Below are positions 1 through 11,800 of a DNA stretch of 49,220 bases, piece after piece (the stretch's first letter is position 1; each line of letters begins with the position of its first letter). A model generated the notes under the pieces. The model had not been told where the DNA came from. It worked only from the letters and a program-made list of their open reading frames with translations, and ran no database searches. Both the position numbers and the translations under genes were made by a program. Source of the stretch: Rhizaria sp. SCN 62-66 (lineage: Eukaryota); assembly GCA_001724265.1 (NCBI GenBank), contig MEDY01000045.1, positions 62,001-111,220 on the forward strand, read 5' to 3'.

Positions 1-643
1 ATAGTGTTGTGAAAGATAGTAGTGGCGGTAGTGACAGTAAACGGCTAGGAATGGTAACGTGCAACTCTGCCCTGGGAAAAAACCAGTGACAGTGACACGA
101 AAATGATACGAAAGGATAGGCTAACAAAAAGAACTAGTAGGTTTGGTTGTGCTTACAATCGCACATACAGCGTTTTGAGAGAAAACAAAATACAAAATGA
201 GAGTAGAAGAAAACAAACGAGTGTCGTATACACAGGGATAACAGGAGACATGCCAAAACACAATTGAGTGCGGCCGAGTCATCGAGTAGTTATGCCTCTT
301 GGTACTATGTCGCGTAGCAATTACACATAATCTGTGCTTACAGAGCCTAATAAGACGTACAACACAAATACCAACGTACATAACCTGCAAAAAGTGTGCG
401 ACATACCAAATACCAAGAAACAACGTGAAAACCAAACTAAAAACACATCAACCAACAAAACACGAAGACAACATGGCGGCGAAGCCTCATCGGTAAGACA
501 TCAATACATAACACATATGTAGAACGAACACGTGGCATGACACCAAATCGCGTTTCTTAAAAAAGCTAAACGAACCCAAATAAAAAGGTCAAAGTCCAAA
601 ATACAGGTCAATAAGATCGTAAACGTGTTCACAATGACAAACT

Positions 644-2146
644 TTACAGGGTGTTGATGGGAGCAAGATCCGCACCGTTCGCAGTGCTTCCGGCGACGGC
701 GGGAGACCATAACTGGGTTTTGACGCTGCTGATGGGAACGTTGCCGCTCGGAAGGGACGACAAGCTGATCTCGTTGCCACTGTGAACAGCAGCAGCGGCA
801 GCGGCAGCGCCGCCGTGAGCATGGCTCATCGCAACGTCGCTCATGGAGTCCGCATTACTGAGGCCGTCGCCTTCGCTGTTCCTGCCGCCGCCGCCGTTGA
901 CCGCGAAGTCGTCGTCGTCGCCGTCGAGGGCGCTGGGCGCTGCTGGCAGCTCCCCCGCGGGCAGCCGCACGTACTTGTGCTGGCGCTGCGGACGGCCCAC
1001 AAAGCACGCCGCAGCCAGCAGCGCGACCTTGCTAGCCTCCCAGAACGCGTCCATGTAGTGCTGCGGCGTGACGGCGGCGCTGGCCTGGAGCGCGGAGTCG
1101 ACCATCATGACCGCGGCGGCGAGCGCGAGCGCGAGCACGAGCTGCAGCGCGAACTCGCGGAAGAGCGTGCGCGCGTCGACCGCGGTGCCGGCAACGGCCG
1201 CAGCCTTGGGTTGCGCGCGAGCCGCGTAGAGTGCGAGCGCGAGCATGGTCAGCGTGGAGAGCACGAGCAGTGCGCGCAGCCACGAATACCAGGCCAGCGT
1301 CGCGAGGGGCTGGTGCGCCGAGTTGAGCCAGAGGAGGCCGACGGCGGCGCCGGCGGAGGCCAGCGCGGTCTCGGCGACAACGGTCGCACGCGGCAACATG
1401 AAGTAGCGCGTGCGCTTCCAGCCCGTGTAGAGCGCGAAGACGAGCAAGAGCGCGCAGTAGGCGCGGGTGCCGGTGGCCGTGGCGACGAGGTGGGGGTTGT
1501 AGCCGACGCGGGCGGTGACGATGAGGCGCAGCGCAAATATCAAGTCGCCGAAAAGAGAGAGCGTAGTGAGCGCGACAATGGCCCAGTGCTCAGGGCCAAC
1601 GGCGGCGTAGTTACGGACGAGGAGAAACAGCCACACGAGTAAGAGTGCAAGCGTGGCGCCCATAGCGACGAAGGTGATCACGACGGATTTAATCGCGAAT
1701 GCAGACGCCATTGGAGGATTTTCCGGAGTAATCGTGTACTTGAGCGACACCGCCGTGCTTGGCTCGCAGTTGGAAAAATAGACGTAATATGTTGCAGGGT
1801 CACGCAGCGTCGTGATGTACGAGCGGTGTCCCCAAACGGTCTGCGAGGCGAGCGCGATGACGTCGTAGAGAGCGCCCTCGCGGTAGACTTCGTGCGCGCA
1901 GTGATCCGGCATAAGTTCGCCATATGCAATAACGACGCCCATGTTGAAGCGGTACTGGTCCTCGTCGTCGGGAAGCGGGGCGAAGGTGGTGAGAGAGACG
2001 CTGCTGATAGTGATGTTCAAATGAGAGTTTGCTGTGAGGCTGTATGTTCCGAGCAGCACCAAGCTGCGCTGCTCGTCTTCAAGCTTGCCGACGCATGCGG
2101 AGGCTATTAGAGCCCAGAGGCTGAGCAGGACCAGGTATGCACGCAT
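644..2146 (-). CDS. GPR107/GPR108-like (lung seven-transmembrane, GOST family) membrane protein, 500 aa, no coding intron
   Basis: Signal peptide MRAYLVLLSLWALIASAC. Luminal domain ends YYVYFSNCEP..VSL..ITPENP. About seven hydrophobic helices follow, with family-like motifs EHWAI, TGW..TRYFM, LFREF and RPQRQHKYVRL, then an acidic/Ser-rich tail. ATG to TAA. Confidence 0.8.
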   Translation of the reverse strand: MRAYLVLLSLWALIASACVGKLEDEQRSLVLLGTYSLTANSHLNITISSVSLTTFAPLPDDEDQYRFNMGVVIAYGELMPDHCAHEVYREGALYDVIALASQTVWGHRSYITTLRDPATYYVYFSNCEPSTAVSLKYTITPENPPMASAFAIKSVVITFVAMGATLALLLVWLFLLVRNYAAVGPEHWAIVALTTLSLFGDLIFALRLIVTARVGYNPHLVATATGTRAYCALLLVFALYTGWKRTRYFMLPRATVVAETALASAGAAVGLLWLNSAHQPLATLAWYSWLRALLVLSTLTMLALALYAARAQPKAAAVAGTAVDARTLFREFALQLVLALALAAAVMMVDSALQASAAVTPQHYMDAFWEASKVALLAAACFVGRPQRQHKYVRLPAGELPAAPSALDGDDDDFAVNGGGGRNSEGDGLSNADSMSDVAMSHAHGGAAAAAAAVHSGNEISLSSLPSGNVPISSVKTQLWSPAVAGSTANGADLAPINTL

Positions 2147-2378
2147 AACTGGCCAATAACACGCTCAGGCTGCAGGCCGATGGATCGCGGAGTAGAAAGG
2201 CATACGAAGTGATGTGAGCGGTCAGGGCGGAACAGTTAGAGAGGTGTACAATCAACATTTGTAAATTCGGATTTCAGCAATATGATTACGTAAATCAGCG
2301 CGGCACCCGAAAAATACTTAAATACGGAATGACGGAGAACGCATGGTTATCGATACGCCTTTTTTATTTGCATCACTG

Positions 2379-2391
2379 GTTGCCAAGTGAC
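2379..2391. promoter_or_regulatory. X-box-like motif GTTGCCAAGTGAC in the divergent GPR107-like/HYDIN spacer
   Basis: Perfect GTTGCC half-site plus a degenerate GTGAC half-site. Confidence 0.35.
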
Positions 2392-2803
2392 CGTGAGCAG
2401 CACGTTCGAAAATTGAGCCGAAGAGGCGGATGCAGACTTGACTCTGATTTGCTGGCTATCTCTTGCAGATGATCACCGTTTGAACTTTAGTTGTAATATT
2501 AGTATAATCACCTAGAGTTCTATTCCATAATTTTAAACTAATATTCATGAATGTAACCCGGTCGAGAACAACCAACCTCCAGAATTCAAACTGGCTGTTT
2601 CTCTCGGGTTGTGCGGGTTGCGAGATTTCCTTCTGCTACCACCGGTTGCCGCTTGTATCTGGTTATGCCATGCTATCTTTGCTATAAGCCGACAGCGGCA
2701 CATCTATGCGTCGTATTATCATGACGACTCACGATCAAGAACTTCTTCTACTTTTCTTTTTCCATCTTTGTCTCGCCCTCGACTCATCATTGCAGGAGGT
2801 TCC

Positions 2804-5800
2804 ATGTCATCGGGCGTACGTCTTTTCTCTTTACTATAAACTCAGATTATTATTTCGTTGGTTTCCTAGCAACATTGCGCTCACGTTATACCGCCCCCCG
2901 ATGTTTTTATCTGCATAGCCTCCTCGCTTTGGCCCTGCGACCGCGCAGGACATTGAAATCAACGTAACGATGGCGGCCACTTCTTCACACCGCCCCATCG
3001 TCTCCAAAATCCCTTTCGGCGAGCCTCTGTTTCACGCCACCCCTGCCTCCGTGTCGTTCGACGACTACGAAGGCTACCAACAGTACACCGCGACGATCGC
3101 GCTGCGCAACAAGGACTCTGTCGCGCGCCGCGTACGCCTCGACATCCAGTCCTCGCCCGACACCGAGTTCTTCACGCTCTCGGCGCCCCGCATGCGCGGC
3201 ACATACAGCAACCCGATCTCACCTGAGGCGGCGCAGATGGGCGAGACCTCGAGCGCGAGCAAGATCGCCCCGGGCATGGAGTGCGTGTACACGCTCACGT
3301 TCAACCCGCACCAGCGCCGGCGCTACGCCATCGACCTGGTGTGCATCACCGAGCGCGAGACCTTCTGCATCCCCGTCCGCGCCGCGGGCGTGCTGCCTAA
3401 GGTTGACATCCCCGCCGCGATCTCCTTTGGCGACGCGCCCGTCAACTACCCGACGGTGCGCCCCTTCCTGCTCAGCAACACAGGCACCATCGACACCCGC
3501 TTCTCGCTCACTGCGAGCAAGGGCTTCACGTGCCAGCCATCGGACGGCGTGTTGCCCGTCGGGCAGGTCACGCAGATCCTCTGCACGTTTAATCCGCTTA
3601 CGCTGGGCGCTTATGATGGCGTGATCGAGTGCGCGCTCGAGGACGACGTCGTGGTCACCGCCGCCGTCCGCGGCCACGCCACCAACGTCGACGTATCCTT
3701 CACCGCGCCCGTGCTTAAGGTCCCACCGACGTACATCAAGCTTACGTCACACGCGTCGACGCGGCTCAGCAACAACAATGACATCCCGATCAAGTTTGCG
3801 TTCAAGCAGCACCCGTCCGCGGCGGCCGAGCTGGCCTCCAAGGCCGCCGCGCTGCAGCAGCTCGACGAGGCCGAGAGCGCGGAGCTGCACCAGCTGTCCC
3901 TGCTGCGCCCCGCGGTCATTGAGGCTGTCAAGTCGCTCATTGTGGCCGAGCGTAAGAAGGCCGGCGGCCGCGGCGTGCAGCACAGTCTGCGTCCGCGTCG
4001 CGAGCGCCCCGCCATCGTGAGCAGCGGTGTCAACGACTCGTTCCAGCTTAACGACGGCGTTCCCAGCAAGAATACCTACATCACATCGTCCGCTAAGTCT
4101 CACAGCCGCCGTCGCCGTCCGCGCACGAACGCGCACGATGACGATGAGGACGATGAGCACAGCGGCGTCGGCAGCGCCGACGCCAACGACCTCGCGCGCA
4201 TGCACGAGTCCGATTCGAGCGTCGACGAGCACTCTGGCACCGACGCCACGGACACCGAGCACGAGCACGGTGACAATGCTGACGTGAGCACGCAGCAGGG
4301 CGGCCGGTTTGTGGGCTACGAGTTCGACTCGTTCGACGGACACATCGACACCGACGCCGCCTTGCACGGCGACGACGACACGCCGTCCGAGGATGTGTTG
4401 ATGGAGTACGACGAGTACACCGAGCACCTGCGTACGCTGCAGGAGGTGCGCCGCCGCTACGCGCAGCTGCGCGAGACGATTGACACCACGGGCGCGTTTG
4501 CGCACCCGACCTTCACGCTGGACCCGCCTGAGGGCGAGATCTACCCGCACGGCGCGCTCGACATCTGCGCGCGGTTCAAGCCCGCGCAGTCGCTCGAGTA
4601 CAGCGTCATCGCGTACTGCGAGGTGTCCGGCGTCGAGCAGCGCATCCCACTGCGGCTTGTGGCGCAGGGCGTGGGGCCCAAGGCTGTGTTCTCGTTCGAG
4701 TCGCTCGACGTGGGCGACGTGTTCATCCACGCCGTGTACCACTACAAGGCCACGCTGCGCAACGTCGGTGACATCACCGCGCACTACTCGCTCGTGCCCG
4801 AGAGCACCAAGCGGCTCAAGTTCACGCCGGCACAGGGCACGCTCGCGGTGTCGACGGCGCGCAGCTCGCACAACAAGCTCCTCGGCATCCTCGACTCGGA
4901 GCCCGACAGCACCGGCGCCAACGACGCCGGCGCTGGCGGCGTGAATCCGACTGCGGACGGCCAGGCGCACACGGGCGGCGAGCTCGTGCCGTCTGCGTCG
5001 CAGGGCCGGCTGTCTGCGGACAGCGTCAAGATCGACATCCAGCTCACTGCGCACCAGATCGGCGAGTTCGTCGAGCACGTCCAGTGGCGTCTGCACGGCA
5101 GCACGGAGCCCGTCATCCTGACCTTCAAGGGCCGCGTCGTGGGCCCCACGTTCCACATGGACCAACCCTCGCTCGACTTTGGCACCGTGTGCTACGGGTT
5201 CCTCAACACGCGCGTCATCACGCTCTACAACACGTCACAGGTCCCGCTAAAGTATCGCTTGCGCATCCCGCAGGACCACGTGCACGACGACGGCTCCAAG
5301 GAATTCGCCATTTCCCCCGCCACGGCCGTCGTGCTGCCCAAGTCGAAGCAGCAGATCACGGTCTCGCTCGTCTCCCGCTCCGTGGGCCTCTATCACGCCT
5401 CGGCCGCGCTCCCCGTCAACGGGCCCATGACGCTCTCCGCGCTGCGCGCCGCCAACGCCGCTGCGGGCGTCACTGTCGTGCCGCAGCCGCCCGCGTCGGC
5501 CGCGTTCGAGGGCGACGCCATGGGCCTCGCTGGCGGCCACCTCGCCGTCGCCGCGCCGACGCTGCGGTCCAGCGCCATGATGATTGCCGGCGAGGCGTAT
5601 AAGCTCGTCGTTGACGTGCTTGGTGTTGGTGACGCTGTGCAGTCTGTGCCCATCAAGGGCCAGGGCATGGTCTTTTACCCCACAGTCATGGTCGATAAGC
5701 TCAATTTCGGCAATGTTTTCATGCGCTTGCCGACGACAATGACATTGCCGCTGACCAATGTGCACGATTTGGATGCCAAGATCGAGGTTGTGCCTCAGGA

Positions 5801-8800
5801 TGATAACTTCAGGCAGATTGCAGAGATCACCCCCGAGTTTGCCTCGCTTGCAGTGCAGCCCAACTCGTCGGCCGAGCTCGCCATTTCGCTGAAGGCTCAG
5901 CGCCTTGGTCCCTTTTCGTTCCCTATGTATCTCCGTATCCCGGGCAGTGACGTGCCGCCCGTGCACGTGCTCGTGACCGGCAACGCCGTGGGCCCCAGCG
6001 TCATCGCCAGCAAGTCCACGCTCAGCTTCGGCTCGATCGAGGTGCTGACGCCGGTCACGCAGACCGTGGTGCTGACTAACACGTCGCCGATTCCCGCGCA
6101 CTACAAGGCGATCCTGCAGAAGCCGTCCTCGGTCTACTCCGTCGACACCCCCGTCGGCACGATCCCGCCCAAGTCATCGCTCACGCTCACTGTCACGGCG
6201 ACGCTGAACGAGAACCTCGCGATGCCCGACACGCTTATCGTGCTGATCGACGAGAACACCGAGCTCACCATCCAGCTCCGCTCCAAGGGCGTGGGCACGA
6301 CGATGGAGCCCGACGTGGGCATCGAGAAGATTAACCATGGGGACGTGCTTACGCACACCGAGACGACGCGCACGTTCCGCCTTGTCAACCGCGGCCGCCG
6401 CCCGCAGACGCTGTACTGGATGAAGATCCCGACGCACGACGAGCTCGACCTCGCGGAGCAGAACATGCTGCTTGCCACGGGCGCCGCCACCAAGAAGGAC
6501 CTCGCGGCCAAAGCCGCAGCCGAGAAGGAGGCCAAGGCGCGCGCCATGGTCGACGCCGTTGAGGCCGACGCCGCTGCCATTGGCGCCAATCCCGACGATG
6601 CCGACAACGACAACGACGACGATGTGTTCTTCCCCGAGCTTTCCCTTGCCGTGCCTGGCGCCGACGCCGGCGCTGCAACCGCGGCCGGCGCTGATGGTGA
6701 CGACACGACGGACACCGAGGCGGACCCCACGGCGCGCATGCGCGAGCGCCAGGACTCGCGCCGCGAGCAGCGCACGCACCGCACTCCGGGCCACGGCTCC
6801 AAGCTCGCGCTCGACAAGGCCTCGTTCAAGCGCCTGAAGCAGCTGGCCGAGTATGTGCCGTCGACGTTTAAGGTGACCCCGGCCAAGATCACGCTGCTGC
6901 CTGACATGGCGATGGACTTCACCGTCACGGGCATCTCCCCCGAGGCCGGTGCGATCAAGGAGCTGTGGCTGTGCCGCGCGCTCATTGGCAAGAACAAGGA
7001 CCTGGAGGACATCCACAAGTGCCGCATCCGCTGCAACTTCGTCGAGCCCACTGTCGACTTCGGCGTCGCCGACGTCAAGTTTGTGGCGCAGATGAACCCG
7101 GGCGAGCAGGACGCCGTGTACCCCGAGCCTGTTGAACTGACGTTGCGCAACCCCACGCCGCTACCGCTGCAGATGACGATGCACGCGCCCTTCCCCTTCT
7201 CCACCGGCGTGACGCCCTTCATGCTGCAGCCCGGTGCGACTGAGCGCGTCGTGGTCGCCTTCGACCACTCGCACAAGTCGGACCGCCTCAGCGCGATCGT
7301 GCAGGCGTATCTCACTGCGACGTTCGCGAACCACCCGGCCGCTGTGAAGCTGCCGCTTGTGGGCCAGTTCTGCTTTCCCAACGTCACGTTCGACCAGAAC
7401 GTCGTCGACTTTGGCTGCATTCTCAACGACACCAACAAACGTAACGTGCTCACGGTCACCAACAGCAGCGTCATCCCCGTGCACTACGAGTGGGTCATGC
7501 TCGAAGAGCCCGTTGCCAACGCAAACAACAACTGCACTCTCGAGGACATCAGTGGCAGCAACGCTCTCCCGCTGCCGCCTCGTGGCGCCTCCGCGCGCCC
7601 CGGCTCCGCCGCCTTCCCGTCCGCACGCGAAGCCCTCGCCTCGGCGTCTGGCTCCCGCTACGACGCGTCCAAGGCCGGCGTGGCCGCTGACGCAGTGATC
7701 CCGTTCGGCGTGACGTCCACCGCCAACGGCGCCGTGACCGCGCTGCCCGCGAGCGACGTCTTCTCGATCGCGCCCCTGCGCGGCGTGCTCGCGCCCGGGC
7801 AGACGCAGGGTGTTGAGTTCACCTTCTTCGGCCAGCAGAACGTGCGCGCCAAGGTGATCGCCGTGTGCCGCGTGCTGGGCGGGCCTGAGTACGAACTGGG
7901 CCTGCTCGCCGAGTCGTCACAGGTCTCGTTCAAACTTGACCGCCCCGCCGTGCACTTCGGCGCGCGCGACATTGACACGGTCTCGCACAGCGAGTTCGTG
8001 CTCCACAACCCCGGCCGCGTGCCTCTCGACTTCACCATCGACACCACCACGCTGTCCGCGCTCGTGGCGCCGTGCCTGACCTTCTCCACCCTTGCGGGCC
8101 AGCTCAAGGCGGGCGAGAAGGCCAAGATCGGCGTCGCGTACAAGTCGCAGCTGCCGATGGACGTGCGCGAGCACATCACCGTGCAGCTCGGCTTCTACGA
8201 GCCCATTATCGTGCCTATCACCGCGCTCGGCACGTTCCCCCACATCGTCGCCGACCTCCCGCGCGTCGCCGGCGGGGCTTTTGACGCCGTGCTGCCCGAG
8301 GCCGAGAGGCTCTCCGCTGCCCGCGTCGCCGCGCGCGAGGCGCTCGAGGCCGCGCTTGACGCACGTCAGCAGGCCGCGCACGAGCAGATGGTGCTAGCGA
8401 ACGGCTACCACGCCGACGTCGCCGTCGCTGTCGGCGGCGGCAACGCCGTGCGCCGGCTGTCGGCCGCGTCCGAGTCCCGCCTCGCCACCGCGCGCCCCGG
8501 GACCGGCACGACTGCGATGTCCCCGCGCCTCGGCTCCGCCACCAGTCGCGGGCTCCCGATCGTCTACTCGGGCGCCAGCGGCGAGCGCGCCGTGACCTCT
8601 GCGGTGGGTGTACCCGTGCCGACCGTGCTCACGGTTGCAGCCGAGTACCCCGTGCCGGACCTGCCCGCCGCTTGCGTCGCCGCCGTGCCGGCCGTGTTCG
8701 CGCACATCGAGGCAGACCGCCTCGTCTTCCTCGAGCACATGAAGACCGTGCTCGGCGCCGCCATCGAGAAGGACGCTGCGAACAACGCGCATCATGCTGC

Positions 8801-11800
8801 AACTGGCGCCGCTGAGGCGAGGCTTCCTGCCACCGTCACGTCGGCCGGTCTGGTCGCCAAGGCCAATCGCGCGGGCACGAGCACGCCGGCGCAGCAGTTT
8901 GCCGTCGCCAACTACGTCATGGACTTCTCGCACCTCGTGCTCGGCATGAGCAAGACGCGCACTTTCACCGTCACCAACACGTCGACCGCACCCATCTCCT
9001 GGGATGTTTCCAAGGACCTGCTGCAGCGCACCGTGTTCTCGCTCGAGCCCACCTCTGTGGTGCGTCTGCCCCCCGGTGAGTCGCAAGTCGTCACGGTCGT
9101 CTGCCAGGCCTCGGCGCAGCCCAAGAAGGGTCAGCCCTTTGCCGCGCTGCTGCGCGACGAGGACCTGGTCGTGCCCATCGTGCTTCGCGGCGGCCCGCGC
9201 ATCAACGTCACGCTGCGTGTCAACATCACTGTGCCCAACCTCGCACTCAGCAGCAAGTTCATCGACTTTGGCAAGGTCTACATCGGCTTCCGCAAGGAGA
9301 TCACCGTGCAGTTGACCAACGACCGCGAAGTGCCGTGCGAATGGGGCGTGCGTCAGCTCGCTGGGCTGACCCAGAAGGAGCGCCTGCTGTTTGACATCCT
9401 CCCCGCCGCAGGCACGCTGCTGCCCGGCGCGCGCCAGAACATCACGATCGCGTTCACGCCCGAGGCGACGTCCGACTTCCTGGCGCAGCTGCCGATCCGC
9501 ATGGTGGACAACCCGAACCCTGCGCTGATCAAGATCAAGGCTGAGGGCGTCCCCATGGTGCTCGCGGTCACCCCCGAGACGCAGACTCTGCCTGCGATCC
9601 AGCCCTTCCAGTGCGCGGCGCCCGTCCCCGTGACGGTGAGCAATGACAGCGACTACCCCGTGGAGATCTACTCGGTGGAGACGGACCGCGCGTACCTGGA
9701 GGAGGAGCAGATCCTCGCTCAGGACGAGGGCTACGTGGCCGACGTGCTGCGTGTGTTCCCGCCCCGCATCCCCGGCGACCAGCTCCCGCTGCCCGTGCTG
9801 CAGCGCTTCCACGCCAAGCTCCGCGCAGCGCGCGCGACGATGCTGCTCAACCGCGAGCGCGAGACTGCGGTCCAGGCCGCCGTTGCTGCTGCTGCGCTCA
9901 ACGCCACCGCGACCAACACCGTGCTTACCCCTGAACAGCTGACCGAGATCGCTGAGGCCGCGAGCGACGAGTTCCCCGACAAGCCCACTGTGCCTGACGC
10001 GCCGGTCAACGTCGTCGTCGTCGGTAGCCCCTTCTCGGGCCAGTCGACCCTTGTCAAGGCCCTCGCGGCGGACTCGGCGCTCGGACTGCAGCAGAGCGTC
10101 GTCACGCTCGACGCCGCCGTCGCGTTCTACTACAAGCTCGACCTCCAGGTTGAGGCGCGTGCTAAGAACGCCGAGCTCCGCGAACGTGAACGCCAGAAGC
10201 GCCAGCAGGCCAACGCTAAGAAGGGCGGCCGCGGCGTTTCGGGCATCGGCGCCGTCCAGTCCGTGTCCTCGACCGGTGCCCCGGGCAGCGGCGCGCAGTC
10301 GGGCCGCCGCAACTCGCAGACGGCCAACGACGACGGCGCCGGCAGCGGCGAGCGCGTGAGCAAGGCCGACAAGGCGCACATGGCGGAGGAGATCCGCTGG
10401 CAGGAGGAGGACGCCGCTGACGCTGCGTTCTACGCTGAGCTCACTGCGGAGGACCTCGCGATGGCCGCCGAAGTGCGTGCCACGATCACCAACTTCCGCA
10501 CTGCTGAGCAGGAGGCTGCCGACGCGGCTAACAGCGGTGCTTCGCGCCGTGGCGCAGGTGCCGGCAACAAGCGTGCCGCTGGCGCCAACACGGCTACGAC
10601 CACGGTCACTGCGCTGTCCAACGACGTGACGACCGCATTGATGAGCGACGACAGCGAGGAGAACTCCGTGACTGACTTCACCGACCTCCGTGACAAAACG
10701 GTGCTCAGCGAGGAGCAGCTCTCGCGCGCTTTCTCTGTATTCCTGCTGCACAAGGGCGGCGCGTTCTTCCAGCGCGGCATCATAATTGACGGCGTCGACT
10801 CGGTGTTCTGCGACCGCCTCACCGCGGCGCGCGCGCTTAAGAAGGCCTTCTCCAACACGGCGCTGCTGCGCGAGAACGCGACGCACGTGATCACGCTTGC
10901 CGTGACGCACGAGGAGGCTCGTCGCCGCGCGCTGAACCTCTACTACGAGTGCAAGAACATCGTCGAGGACAAGGAGCTGCTGAACCAGCTCAAGCGCTTT
11001 AAGGAGATTCCCGAGCGCGAGATCGCCAAGCTCGCTGACGACAAGCGCGAGAAGTACGAGGACATGCTCGTGCTGGCCAACCAGCGCCGCAAGGCCGAGG
11101 TGCTGCTTAGACGCCTCGCCTCTGTCGACTACGACCGTCTGCACAAGTACTACGGCGACGCCATCGGCGACATCGACGAGATCCGCGGCGGCGCCGTCGA
11201 CGCGGCCGCGATGACTGGCACCGCTACCTCGCCTGCCAACGCGCTGCTCCGCACCAAGCAGCAGACGCAGGTGCTTAAGCCCGCACCGCCCGCAGGCTTG
11301 TCGCCGCTTCTCGCCGTTGCTGCCGCTGCATCCGCCGCTGCCTCTGGCTCTGCCGCCGGCTCCTCGGTCGGCGCCGCCGCGACCACCCCCGCGGCTGCCG
11401 CCCTCCGCCGCGCCGGCCGTGGCGCTGCAGTCCCTGCTGCGCTCACTCCCGCTGCCGTCCCCGAGCACGTCGAACTGACTCACCTGCCTCTGTCCCACCT
11501 TCCCGCCCTCGCCACGTCCTCCGCCGCCGAGTCCGTGCCCTCCGCGAACGCTGGCATTATCGCCATCGTCGAGGTATTCGGCGCCGACGCGACCGCGATT
11601 GCGCTGCCCGAGCCGCTGTCGCCGCGCATCGTGCCCGCGCCGTCGATCCCGTCCCCGATTGCGACCGAGGCCGCGGCCGCCGAGGCTGCCGCCGCGGCCG
11701 CCAAGGAGGACCTGCGCAACCGCCGCCAAGCCGCGGGCCGCCAGTCGCGTGGCCGCACCGCGATGGACTCGCTCGCGCGCATGGCCAAGTCCATGGCGTC

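Noticed and set aside
60-120. Minus-strand TTTTTTCCCAG acceptor-like site ending at 72
   Set aside because: No clear branch motif, and any associated gene lies outside the window.
121-710. Short ORFs in the A-rich region downstream of the GPR107-like gene
   Set aside because: UTR-like composition without the codon bias of real genes here.
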